DNA of 64,000 nucleotides. Origin: an uncultured Gemmatimonadales bacterium (lineage in GTDB: Bacteria; Gemmatimonadota; Gemmatimonadetes; Longimicrobiales; Gaopeijiaceae). Positions 33,632 through 42,589 of this stretch are shown piece after piece. The stretch covers positions 960,001 to 1,024,000 of the forward strand of contig CAWELD010000003.1 in assembly GCA_963809895.1 (NCBI GenBank), in the 5' to 3' direction. The number at the start of each line of letters is the position of its first letter. Within the stretch, counting starts at the first letter, position 1. Both the position numbers and the translations under genes were made by a program. The notes below the pieces were generated by a model. That model did not search any database, was not told where the DNA came from, and worked only from the letters and a program-made list of their open reading frames with translations.

Positions 33632-34357
33632 ATGGACGACGACCGCTTCCTGGTGGTCATGCCCACCTACAACGAACGGGAGAACGTCGCCCGCATCGTG
33701 CCCGAGGTGCTGGCGGTGGACCCCCGCTTCGAGATCCTGGTCGTGGACGACAGCTCACCCGACGGCACCGGCGAGGTCGCCGACCAGCTCGCCGCCGCCG
33801 ACCCGCGAGTCCATGTGCTCCACCGCGCTGACAAGGAAGGCCTCGGGAAAGCCTACATCGCCGGGTTCGGGTGGGGCCTGGAGCGGTCGTATCGTCTCGT
33901 CTTCGAGATGGACGCCGACTTCTCGCACCGTCCCGCGGAGCTGCCCTCCTTCCTGGCGCGCGTCCAGGAGGCCGACGTGGTGGTCGGTTCCCGCTACGTC
34001 GACGGGCGCGTCACGGTCATGAACTGGCCGCTCAGCCGTCTGCTCATCTCGGTCTTCGGAAGCTGGTACGCCCGTACCATCACGCGGCTGCCGGTGCGCG
34101 ACGCCACGGGGGGATTCAACTGCTTCCGGCGCGAGGTCCTGGAGGCGCTGGACCTGTCGCGCATCCAGTCCAACGGCTACGCCTTCCAGATCGAGATCAA
34201 GCTGAGGGCCTGGCGCAAGGGATTCCGGCTCAAGGAGATCCCCATCGTGTTCACCGAGCGGGACACCGGTGAGTCCAAGATGTCGAAGCGAATCGTGCGG
34301 GAGGCGGTGTGGAGGGTGTGGAAGCTTCGGGTCCTGGATCTCTTCGGTCGCCTGTAG
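33632..34357 (+). CDS. Polyprenol monophosphomannose synthase (DPM1-like GT2)
   Basis: VMPTYNERENV, VDDSSPDGTG, KEGLGKAYIAGF, EMDADFSH, SNGYAFQIE. Confidence 0.92.
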   Translation: MDDDRFLVVMPTYNERENVARIVPEVLAVDPRFEILVVDDSSPDGTGEVADQLAAADPRVHVLHRADKEGLGKAYIAGFGWGLERSYRLVFEMDADFSHRPAELPSFLARVQEADVVVGSRYVDGRVTVMNWPLSRLLISVFGSWYARTITRLPVRDATGGFNCFRREVLEALDLSRIQSNGYAFQIEIKLRAWRKGFRLKEIPIVFTERDTGESKMSKRIVREAVWRVWKLRVLDLFGRL

Positions 34358-34369
34358 CGGGGCGCCCGC

Positions 34370-35011
34370 ATGCCCCTCTGGCACCTCCTGTACCGCTGTC
34401 CGCTGTGCGGATACGACGGCCCCCGTGGGCGGCGGGACAGGGCGAGCTGTCCGGGCTGTGGCGCGCGCTTCCGGCGTCGACCCGGCGCGCGAATCGAGCT
34501 GCGTCCCCCCGGAGCGCCGGTGCGCACGGTGGAGGCCGCCGAGGCACTCCGGCTCCTGGGCACCCTGGGCGGGGCCGAGACCGATCCTCCCGGGCAGCCG
34601 TTGGCCACCCGGGCGCTGACGGCGTCGCTGGAGCGGGAAGATGCGGTGCGACAGCGCGGGTCCGTGATGGGATTCGTGGAACGTCCGCCGCGCGGGGTGC
34701 CGGGTCTGCTGACGCTGGAGTGGGAGGCGCTCACCTTCGCCCCCGACGACGGGGGGGAAGGGGCGCCGGCACGCTGGCCGCTGGCCGAGATCCGTGGCCT
34801 TCAGGTGGCCTCGGGGGCACTTCAGGTCCAGGTCGGCAAGTATCTGCCCCACATGGAGTTCCAGCTCGTGGACGCGTCCCCGCTTCGCTGGGAGACCCTC
34901 CTGCAGAGACGCATCTCGCGGCTGTGGCGGGAGCTGGGGTGGGGCAGGGTCGTGGAGTTCCAGCCCAGGGTGCTCGTCGACATGGGCCCGGCGGGTGGAT
35001 GGGATCCATGA
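34370..35011 (+). CDS. Hypothetical protein with N-terminal Zn ribbon
   Basis: LLYRCPLCG...SCPGCG; stop overlaps the next ATG. Confidence 0.7.
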   Translation: MPLWHLLYRCPLCGYDGPRGRRDRASCPGCGARFRRRPGARIELRPPGAPVRTVEAAEALRLLGTLGGAETDPPGQPLATRALTASLEREDAVRQRGSVMGFVERPPRGVPGLLTLEWEALTFAPDDGGEGAPARWPLAEIRGLQVASGALQVQVGKYLPHMEFQLVDASPLRWETLLQRRISRLWRELGWGRVVEFQPRVLVDMGPAGGWDP

Positions 35012-35640
35012 CCGCGTACGGAGCCGCGCGAGCCCTGGCGCGTCTGGTCCTGCCCCTTCGGGTACGGCTGGCGGTGCGCGGCGCCCGTCACGTGCCGGTC
35101 ACGGGCCCGGCGCTCCTGGTCATCAACCACCGCAGCCTCATGGATGCCGTGGTCTCGCAGGTGGCGTGCCCACGCCCGGTGCGGGCCATGGCCAAGAGCA
35201 CCCAGTTCCGTCGCGGCTCCATGGCCAGACTTCTGCTGGCCCTGGGCGCCTTTCCGGTGCGTCGTTACCGGGTGGATCCCCAGGCCGTGCGCACGACGCT
35301 GAGGCTCCTGGACGCCGGCGAGATGGTCGCCGTCTACCCCGAGGGCGAACGCTCGTGGGACGGGCGGCTGCAGCCCTTCCGCCTCGGCACGCTGCGCCTC
35401 CTCCTGGCCGCCGACGTGCCGGTGGTGCCCTGCGTGGTGTCGGGGAGCTACGAGCTGTGGCCCCGCTGGAGCCGGCGAATCGGTCGCGGGCCGGTCACCG
35501 TGCGCTTCGGACGGCCCCTCCGTTTCGGACCGCATCCGGACCGCGCCAGCCGGGACCGAGCACTGCCGGGCGCCCGTCGGCGCCTGCTGGCGACCTTTCA
35601 CGAGCTGGGTGCGCCCGGCGCATCGACGGTGAGGGTATGA
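35008..35640 (+). CDS. Lysophospholipid acyltransferase (PlsC family)
   Basis: NHRSLMD (HX4D), YPEGERS, VPVVPC. Confidence 0.92.
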   Translation: MTAYGAARALARLVLPLRVRLAVRGARHVPVTGPALLVINHRSLMDAVVSQVACPRPVRAMAKSTQFRRGSMARLLLALGAFPVRRYRVDPQAVRTTLRLLDAGEMVAVYPEGERSWDGRLQPFRLGTLRLLLAADVPVVPCVVSGSYELWPRWSRRIGRGPVTVRFGRPLRFGPHPDRASRDRALPGARRRLLATFHELGAPGASTVRV

Positions 35641-36338
35641 GCGACGAGCGCATCGGCAAGGACTACTACGACTCCAGCTCGTACTTCGACGGTGACACCG
35701 GGCACCTGACCGACATGGACAGCCCGTTCCAGCAGTATCGGATCGGCAAGGTCCTGGGCATCTGGGAGCCCGGCAGGGAAGAGCGCATCGTGGACCTGGG
35801 CTGCGGCTGGGGCACCTTCGAGTTCGCCCTGGCGCACCGCGTGGCCGAGGTGGTGGGCGTCGATTTCTCGGAGAAGAGCGTCGAGCTGTGCCGGGCGCGG
35901 CTCGAGCGGGATCCCCGACCCAACGTGCGCTTCGTGTGCGCGGACGCGGGCGATACCGGCCTGGAGGGCGGCGCCTGGGACCTGGTCATCGCGGCCGACC
36001 TCTTCGAGCACCTCTATCCCGAGGACTCGGAGCGCGTGGTGCGCGAAGCCTTCCGCCTCCTGCGTCCGGGGGGCCGGTTCAGCGTGTGGACGCCTCACCG
36101 GGGCCACTTCCTCGAGATCCTCAAGAACAACCACGTCCTCCTGAAGCCCGATCCCACCCACGTGGACTACAAGTCGCTTCCGCGCATGAAGGGCATGCTG
36201 CAGGACGCCGGCTTCGTGGTGGAGAAGGCCTACTACGCCGAGTCCCACCTTCCGGTGCTGCAGGGGCTCGAGCGCATGCTCCTGCCGTACATGCCGCTGC
36301 TCCGCCGCCGGGTCGCCGTGCTGGGGCGGAAGCCGTAG
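35637..36338 (+). CDS. Class I SAM-dependent methyltransferase
   Basis: VDLGCGWG, VGVDFS, DLFEHL, LLRPGG. Confidence 0.92.
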   Translation: MSDERIGKDYYDSSSYFDGDTGHLTDMDSPFQQYRIGKVLGIWEPGREERIVDLGCGWGTFEFALAHRVAEVVGVDFSEKSVELCRARLERDPRPNVRFVCADAGDTGLEGGAWDLVIAADLFEHLYPEDSERVVREAFRLLRPGGRFSVWTPHRGHFLEILKNNHVLLKPDPTHVDYKSLPRMKGMLQDAGFVVEKAYYAESHLPVLQGLERMLLPYMPLLRRRVAVLGRKP

Positions 36339-36430
36339 GACGACCGGACAAGGGATCCCCCCGCGGAGCCCGTGGTATCTTGCAGTGTCCCGGCCCTCCC
36401 GCCCCGGATCCCCCCCCGCGCCGCCTGCCC

Positions 36431-38080
36431 ATGCGATTCCCCCGGTCCCTCCGCACCCTCGCCCCCGTCCTGATCGGTCTCGCCGTCACAGGAGCGTCCT
36501 CGGCCCGCGCGCCCGCTCCCGGGTCAGCGCCGGCCCGTGGCGACGCCCCACCCGGCCGTCAGGTGACGCAGCCCCCGCGACTGCTGGTGTTCATGGTCGT
36601 GGACCAGCTCCCGGCGTACCTGCTGGAGCGCTACGACGACCTCTTCACCGGAGGGCTCCGGCGTCTCCTGGACCGCGGCCGTGTCTTCACGCAGACGACC
36701 CACGACCACGCGGTCACCGAAACCACCCCGGGCCACGCCACGCTGTCCACCGGGACCTTCCCGTCGCACAGCGGCATGGTCTCGAACCAGTGGTGGGAAC
36801 AGGAAGGGACGGGGGGGCAGTGGACCGCCGTCCTCAACGTGGTGGATACCGATACCCGCATCGTCGGAGCGCCCACCGTGGCCGGGGCGTCGCCTGGAAA
36901 GCTGCTGCGCTCCGGGTTGGCCGAGTGGCTGACCACGGCCCTCCCGGACGCCAGGATCGTCTCGGTGAGCGCCAAGGACCGTGCGGCGGTCCTCCTGGCC
37001 GCCAGGAGCCCGGCGCAGGTGGCGTGGTTCGAGCCGGAGCTGGGCCGCTTCGCCACCTCGACCTTCTACGGCGACCGTGACCCTGATTGGCTCGCCACCT
37101 TCAACCACGACGAGCTCCCGGCCCTGGCCGGCGATTCGGTGTGGCGCAGCACGGTGCCCCGGGAGCTGGCCGCTCGCTCACGGCCCGACACCGCCGCCTA
37201 CGAAGGCGACGGCGTGCTCACCAGCTTTCCACACCGCTACCTCGACGCCGTGGGCCGGGTAGCGGACCTTGAGTTCTGGCCGTGGTGGGCGGGCACGCCC
37301 ATGCTCGACGAGGCGACGCTGGCGTTGGCGCAGCGTGCCGTCACGGCGCGTCAGCTCGGGCAGGACGAGGTGCCGGACATGCTGGCGGTCTCGCTCAGCC
37401 AGACGGACCGGGTGGGTCACGCCTACGGGCCCTACAGCCGCGAACAGCTCGACAACCTGCTGCGCCTGGACCGGGAGCTGGGCGCCTTCTTCGACTGGCT
37501 GGACACCGAAGTGGGGCAGGACCGCTGGCTCGTGTCGTTCTCGTCGGACCACGGTGTGTCCCCGGACCCGGAGGCCCTCACCGCCGAAGGGACGCAGGCG
37601 ACCCGGCTCACCACCGCCGACGGCGCCGCGTTGCAGCAGGCGCTGGACCGGTCGGCCCGTGTCGCGAACGGAAACCGAGCGCTGCTCGCCGACAGCCTCG
37701 CCGCGGCGGTGCGGCAGATTCCGTGGGTCGCGCGCGCCTGGACCGACCGGGACCTCACGGAGACCGCCCCCGCGGACTCCTTCGCGGTGCTCGAGCGCCA
37801 CTCCTTCTACCCGGGGCGTCCCCAGGGGCTGCTCAGCCGACTCGGGGTGGAGATGCAGCTCCAGCCCCACGTCCTCACCTGGGGATACCAGCACGGCACG
37901 GGGCACGGCTCACCCTACTACTACGACCGTCACGTGCCCTTCATCGTCATGGGTCCCGGCGTGGTCTCCGGCAAGGATCCCGCCCGGGTGTCCACCACCG
38001 ACGTGGCGCCGACCCTGGCGCTGATCCTGGGGATTCCCGCGCCCGCCGATCTGGACGGGGTGGGGCGGCCCGTCCGCTAG
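36431..38080 (+). CDS. Alkaline phosphatase superfamily, PafA/PhoK-like
   Basis: VVDQL, TETTPGHATLSTG (Thr nucleophile), SAKDRAA, DRVGH, SDHG, HGSPYYYDRHVP. Confidence 0.9.
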   Translation: MRFPRSLRTLAPVLIGLAVTGASSARAPAPGSAPARGDAPPGRQVTQPPRLLVFMVVDQLPAYLLERYDDLFTGGLRRLLDRGRVFTQTTHDHAVTETTPGHATLSTGTFPSHSGMVSNQWWEQEGTGGQWTAVLNVVDTDTRIVGAPTVAGASPGKLLRSGLAEWLTTALPDARIVSVSAKDRAAVLLAARSPAQVAWFEPELGRFATSTFYGDRDPDWLATFNHDELPALAGDSVWRSTVPRELAARSRPDTAAYEGDGVLTSFPHRYLDAVGRVADLEFWPWWAGTPMLDEATLALAQRAVTARQLGQDEVPDMLAVSLSQTDRVGHAYGPYSREQLDNLLRLDRELGAFFDWLDTEVGQDRWLVSFSSDHGVSPDPEALTAEGTQATRLTTADGAALQQALDRSARVANGNRALLADSLAAAVRQIPWVARAWTDRDLTETAPADSFAVLERHSFYPGRPQGLLSRLGVEMQLQPHVLTWGYQHGTGHGSPYYYDRHVPFIVMGPGVVSGKDPARVSTTDVAPTLALILGIPAPADLDGVGRPVR

Positions 38081-38106
38081 CGCCGGGTCGCCGGGCCCGA
38101 CGGACC

Positions 38107-39177
38107 TCAAGTCCCCTTCTTGGCCAGCCCGCGCAGGGAGCGGAGCTCGGCGGCCCGCACCAGTGCGCCCGCTTCGGCCCGGATGGCGTCGAGAATGGCG
38201 CCCGCGGGCACCTCGTCGGGCACGCGCACCAGATATTCCAGGATCGAGACTCCGTCGTGGCCGGGAATGACCTCGGCCAGGCTCCAGCGCAGGGCCATGC
38301 GCTCCAGGATGGGCTCCACGGCAGCCTGCGCTCCGCCCGCCTCGGCCGTGTAGATCATGAGCACGGAGTAGCGCTTCCGCTCCTTTCTGGACGAGCTCTC
38401 CGCCTCGAGGTAGCGGCGCGTGCGCGCCATGCGGTCGGCCACCTCCGTCACCTCGGTGGGGGACATGGCGGCGACCAGCCGGGAATCGCCGATGGCCATG
38501 GCGGTGCGGGCCGACTCGGGGCCCGCCACGGCGTCCCCCAGGCGGATCTTGCCTCCGTGGCGGAACTGGTCGGCGTAGATGTTGCCGAAGTTCATGCGCC
38601 ACAGGATCAGGTTGACCCCGTTGAACACCAGGGAGAGCACCGCGGCCACGCCCAGCGCCTGCACGCCCGACGCCAGGCCCACGCCGATGGCCAGGAAGAC
38701 GTAGACCGCGTCCTTGGTGTCGTCCAGCGTGGTTCGGAAGCGCACCGCCGCCACGATCCCGGCCAGACTGAACGCGAGGGGCAGGCTGCCGCGCACGATG
38801 AGGACGATGCCGGTGACCGCGATGGGGAGAATCAGCAGCGTGTGCACCACCGACTCGTCGTAGCCCGAGCGCCGCTTGATGATGGTGTAGGTCCACGCAA
38901 CCGGGATCATGATCACCAGCGCCCCGAGCAGCGACAGACCGGCGATGACCACACCGGCCCATCCCAGATGGATCGTCCCCTCGGGAACCTGGCCTGCCAG
39001 GGTACGGGTGATCTCGCCGCCTGCATCGACGAGACGGCCCAGCGTCAGGAACTGGTTGAAGGCCGGAAGGCGCCACACGAGTGCGGCCACGACCAGGCCC
39101 ACGGCGACGTAGTAGCCGACGATCCGCCCCAGGGTAGGGCGGCGGAGCACCGCGGCGGCCTGATCGTCTCCGCTCAT
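38107..39177 (-). CDS. DUF4956-family membrane protein
   Basis: SLPLAFSLAGIVAAVRFRTTLDDTKDAVYVFLAIGVGLASG. Confidence 0.8.
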   Translation of the reverse strand: MSGDDQAAAVLRRPTLGRIVGYYVAVGLVVAALVWRLPAFNQFLTLGRLVDAGGEITRTLAGQVPEGTIHLGWAGVVIAGLSLLGALVIMIPVAWTYTIIKRRSGYDESVVHTLLILPIAVTGIVLIVRGSLPLAFSLAGIVAAVRFRTTLDDTKDAVYVFLAIGVGLASGVQALGVAAVLSLVFNGVNLILWRMNFGNIYADQFRHGGKIRLGDAVAGPESARTAMAIGDSRLVAAMSPTEVTEVADRMARTRRYLEAESSSRKERKRYSVLMIYTAEAGGAQAAVEPILERMALRWSLAEVIPGHDGVSILEYLVRVPDEVPAGAILDAIRAEAGALVRAAELRSLRGLAKKGT

Positions 39178-39593
39178 GGGTCTCCGAATTCCGCCAGCAG
39201 GCGATCGTCGTGGAAATCCGCCTGCTCGGAGGTCCACAACAGCAGGTCCACCACCTCACCCGGATCCAGATCCTCCAGGGGCCGACCCGACGTCAACCAG
39301 ACCACGCCGACCTCGTCGGCCGAGAACGATGCCCGCCCGCGGAAGTCGTGATTCAGCGCGAGAAGCCTGGAGAAGAGGGCACCGCGCCGTGACGGATCGT
39401 CGGGAACGTCCATGATGCGCAGCCGCACGACCAGGAGCAGCTCGTTCGGATCGTCCTCGTTGGGCTCGACCGAGACGAAGCCCTCGGCGGAGCCGCGCTG
39501 GATGGGCTCGTGCAGCCCTGTGGCTGCCGTTCCGTCGTCGAGCCGCTCGGTGATGAGCGCCACCAGATCGAGAAGGGCGTGGATTCCGGCCAT
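39174..39593 (-). CDS. YbjN/CesT-like (T3SS chaperone fold) protein
   Basis: Small acidic protein with LFSRLLALNH..ASFS motif; coupled to DUF4956 gene. Confidence 0.6.
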   Translation of the reverse strand: MAGIHALLDLVALITERLDDGTAATGLHEPIQRGSAEGFVSVEPNEDDPNELLLVVRLRIMDVPDDPSRRGALFSRLLALNHDFRGRASFSADEVGVVWLTSGRPLEDLDPGEVVDLLLWTSEQADFHDDRLLAEFGDP

Positions 39594-39703
39594 GGCGCGC
39601 AAGATCGGACCCAGCCACGCGCGAAACAAGGGTGATGCCGGGGCAGTGAGGGGCCGTCGCCGGTCCACGACCTCCTCCCGAGAAGCCATCCCGGTCTTTC
39701 CCC

Positions 39704-39731
39704 ACTTTACATAATGTGTATTATACGTACC
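39704..39731 (-). other. dif site (XerC/XerD chromosome dimer resolution site)
   Basis: Minus strand GGTACGTATAA-TACACA-TTATGTAAAGT vs E. coli dif GGTGCGCATAA-TGTATA-TTATGTTAAAT (9/11 identity in each arm); AT-rich, intergenic. Confidence 0.88.
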
Positions 39732-39760
39732 TGGGGAGAACTGTGGACAAGTGTGGAAAG
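39732..39760 (-). promoter_or_regulatory. Three tandem DnaA-box-like 9-mers at 10-bp period
   Basis: Minus strand TTCTCCCCA (39732-40), TTGTCCACA (39742-50), CTTTCCACA (39752-60) vs TTATCCACA. Confidence 0.55.
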
Positions 39761-39820
39761 GCCCTCAGATCCCCTCAGAGCGGTTTTCTCCGGTCGCCCC
39801 CGGGTGTCACACCCCCAATG

Positions 39821-40072
39821 TCAGACCCGTCGATCGACCGGATCGCGGCGCACCTTCCCGGCACGACCGAGAAACGCGACGGTGAGCGCCACGACCAGCA
39901 CGAGCGCGGCGAACGAGATCACCATCAGATGGAACGGACTCGTCAGCACGTGGTGCACCGCCTCGCCCAGCGAACCGTAGTGACCGTGATGCCCAGGATG
40001 GGCCCACACGGGCCGGGCCATGGCCAGGATCGCCAGGAGCGCCATCGAAAAGCCTCGCCTCAGGTACCGCAT
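39821..40072 (-). CDS. Small His-rich membrane protein (83 aa), last gene of hyp operon
   Basis: SD CAGGAGG; signal-like N-terminus, AHPGHHGHYG, HHVL..FH, one TM. Confidence 0.7.
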   Translation of the reverse strand: MRYLRRGFSMALLAILAMARPVWAHPGHHGHYGSLGEAVHHVLTSPFHLMVISFAALVLVVALTVAFLGRAGKVRRDPVDRRV

Positions 40073-40099
40073 GGGTTCCTCCTGTGAGAAGTGCGACGG

Positions 40100-41176
40100 T
40101 CAGCAGATTCGTGGGAGCTGATCGCCCGACAACAGATCCACGACGCGAGAGCCGCCGAGTCCGGTGCGCAGCACGACCATTCCCGGGTGCTCCGCCACCA
40201 CGCGGCCGATGCGCGCCGCACCGCTGCCCAGCGGATGGCTCTGCAAGAGATCCAGGGCGAGATCGGCCGCCTCGGGCGCCACCACTGCGGTGAGAATGCC
40301 CTCGTTCGCCACGTACAGCGGATCCAGCCCCAGGATGTCGGCCGCCGCCTGCACCGTGGACGGCACGGGCACCGCCCCGTCCTCGAGCTCCACGCCGACC
40401 CCGCTGGAGGCGGCGATCTCGTTGAGGGCGCTGGCGAGCCCGCCGCGGGTCGGATCCCGCAACGTACGCACGCTCGCGCCCAGCTCCTGGCGCAGCACGG
40501 CCACCAACGGCGCCAGATTGGCCGTATCGCTGGTGATCTCCGACTCGAAGGCGAATCCCTCGCGCACGGCCATGATCGCCATGCCGTGGCGGCCCAGTGG
40601 ACCGCTCACGAGCACGGTGTCTCCGGGCCGGGCCGCCGTGGGATCGGGCCGGAAGCCGTCGTGGAGAATCCCCACCCCGGTGGTGTTGATGAACATCCCG
40701 TCGGCCTTGCCCCGCTCCACCACCTTGGTGTCACCCGTGACCAACTCCACGCCGGCGCGCCGGGCGGCCTCCGCCATGGCGTCCAACACGCGCTCCAGCA
40801 CGTCCATGGGCAGGCCTTCCTCGAGGATGAAGCCCGCCGACAGGTACCGCGGCGTGGCGCCCATCATGGCCAGGTCGTTCAACGTGCCGTGCACGGCCAG
40901 GTGCCCGATGTTGCCACCCGGGAACTCCAGCGGGCTCACCACGAAGCTGTCGGTGGACATGACGATCTCGCTGCCGGTCACCGGGATCACCGCACCGTCT
41001 CCGAGGCGGTCCAGCAACGGGTTGCCGAAGCGCGGCAGGAAGTGGTCGCGCAGGAGCTGGCCACTCATCTTGCCACCGGAGCCGTGGCCCAGTTGTACAC
41101 GGTCGTAAGTGCCACGCGGGACAGGACATACGGGACCGCCATTCAGAGACGGCTTCACGTCTGTTCCGTGACCCAT
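40100..41176 (-). CDS. hypE: Hydrogenase maturation protein HypE
   Basis: LGHGSGG, TDSFVVSPLEFPGGNIG, RDPTRGG, ANEG, C-terminal PRIC. Confidence 0.97.
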   Translation of the reverse strand: MGHGTDVKPSLNGGPVCPVPRGTYDRVQLGHGSGGKMSGQLLRDHFLPRFGNPLLDRLGDGAVIPVTGSEIVMSTDSFVVSPLEFPGGNIGHLAVHGTLNDLAMMGATPRYLSAGFILEEGLPMDVLERVLDAMAEAARRAGVELVTGDTKVVERGKADGMFINTTGVGILHDGFRPDPTAARPGDTVLVSGPLGRHGMAIMAVREGFAFESEITSDTANLAPLVAVLRQELGASVRTLRDPTRGGLASALNEIAASSGVGVELEDGAVPVPSTVQAAADILGLDPLYVANEGILTAVVAPEAADLALDLLQSHPLGSGAARIGRVVAEHPGMVVLRTGLGGSRVVDLLSGDQLPRIC

Positions 41177-41180
41177 GGCC

Positions 41181-42293
41181 TCAGGCCTCCCCGACCGCGG
41201 CGCTCTCGCGGAAGCGGCCGAAGTTGTAGTAGGCGGCGCAGGCGCCTTCCGACGACACCATGGGCGCTCCCAGGGGGGATTCGGGGGTGCAGGCGGTGCC
41301 GAAGGCGGCACACTGGAAGGGCTTGATGCGCCCCCGGAGCACGTCCCCTGCCCTGCACTCCGCCGGCTCGTCGGCGCGTATGCCCTCCAACCCGAACTTC
41401 TTCTCGGCGTCGAAGGCCTCGAAGTCCGGCCGCAGGCCCAATCCCGACGCCGGGATGACCCCGATTCCCCGCCAACCCCGGTCCACGACCCGGAAGACCC
41501 GGCTCACCAGCTCCTGGGCCGGCTCGTTCCCGGTCCGGCGCACCGAGCGCACGTACTGGTTCTCCACCTCGTGCCGGCCCTCTTCGAGCTGCCTCACCGT
41601 CATCCAGATGCCCTCCAGGATGTCCAGGGGCTCGAAGCCGGTCACCACGATGGGTACCCGGTAGTGGGAGGCCAGCGGCTCGTACTCGGTCCAGCCCATG
41701 ACCGTGCACACGTGGCCGGCGGCCAGGAAGCCCTGGACCCGGTTGTCGGGCGCATCGAGGATCGCCGTCATGGCCGGCGGCACGGTCACGTGCGACACCA
41801 GGACGCTGAAGTTGTCGAGCCCCAGTTCCCGGGCCCGCCACACCGCCATGGCGTTGGCCGGTGCCGTGGTCTCGAAACCCACCGCGAAGAACACGACCTC
41901 GCGTTCGGGATTTTTTCGGGCCAGCTCCACGGCGTCCAACGGCGAGTAGACGATGCGCACGTTGCCGCCCCGCGCCTTCACCTGAAGCAGGTCGCACTCA
42001 CTCCCGGGCACCCGCAGCATGTCGCCGAACGAGGTGAAGATGACGTCGGGCCGCGAGGCCAGGTGCAGCGCCCGGTCGATCTGCTCCAGCGGGGTCACGC
42101 ACACCGGACATCCGGGCCCGTGGATCATCTCCACGGCATCGGCCAGCACCTCGTGGATGCCCTGCTTGACGATGGTGTGGGTCTGCCCCCCGCACACCTC
42201 CATGAGCGTCCAGCGCCGGGTGGCGAGAGCGAGGATGCGCTCCACCAGGGCGCGGGCCAGGGCCGGATCCCGGTACTCGCTCAGGTACTTCAT
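41181..42293 (-). CDS. hypD: Hydrogenase maturation protein HypD
   Basis: [31 protein letters not shown]. Confidence 0.97.
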   Translation of the reverse strand: MKYLSEYRDPALARALVERILALATRRWTLMEVCGGQTHTIVKQGIHEVLADAVEMIHGPGCPVCVTPLEQIDRALHLASRPDVIFTSFGDMLRVPGSECDLLQVKARGGNVRIVYSPLDAVELARKNPEREVVFFAVGFETTAPANAMAVWRARELGLDNFSVLVSHVTVPPAMTAILDAPDNRVQGFLAAGHVCTVMGWTEYEPLASHYRVPIVVTGFEPLDILEGIWMTVRQLEEGRHEVENQYVRSVRRTGNEPAQELVSRVFRVVDRGWRGIGVIPASGLGLRPDFEAFDAEKKFGLEGIRADEPAECRAGDVLRGRIKPFQCAAFGTACTPESPLGAPMVSSEGACAAYYNFGRFRESAAVGEA

Positions 42294-42574
42294 GGCTCGA
42301 CGGCGTCGGCGGCGTCGGCCACCTCCCGCATCCAGCGGAGCTCCTCCAGCTCGCCCATCTCGCGCAGCACGTCGTAGGTCCGTCTGGCTTCGTCTTCGTC
42401 CACCCTGGAGATGGCGAAGCCGACGTGGACGATGGCGTAGTCGCCCACCTCCACCTCGTCGGCCACGTAGGCCAGGCAGACCTGGCGGCGTACGCCGCCG
42501 AAGTCCACGACGCCCACCGCCAGGCCGGCGTCGTCGTTCATGGAGATGATGCGTCCGGGAATGCCGAGGCACAT
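42290..42574 (-). CDS. hypC: Hydrogenase chaperone HypC
   Basis: [19 protein letters not shown]. Confidence 0.97.
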   Translation of the reverse strand: MCLGIPGRIISMNDDAGLAVGVVDFGGVRRQVCLAYVADEVEVGDYAIVHVGFAISRVDEDEARRTYDVLREMGELEELRWMREVADAADAVEP

Positions 42575-42589
42575 GGGAGGGTCTCCGGT

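Noticed and set aside
39174..39593. Type III secretion system inferred from the CesT-like protein
   Set aside because: No T3SS genes present; the fold also occurs in stand-alone YbjN-like proteins
39696..39760. oriC interpretation of the DnaA boxes plus AT-rich patch
   Set aside because: The AT-rich patch is the dif site itself; no dnaA/dnaN nearby; genes and KOPS converge on the site rather than diverge
39714..40087. Plus-strand ORFs 39714-39980 and 39716-40087
   Set aside because: They start inside dif and are antisense to the SD-supported 83-aa gene
39600..40100. Mobile element integrated at dif (IMEX or prophage)
   Set aside because: No integrase, replication or phage genes and no second dif-like copy seen; flanks look like host genes
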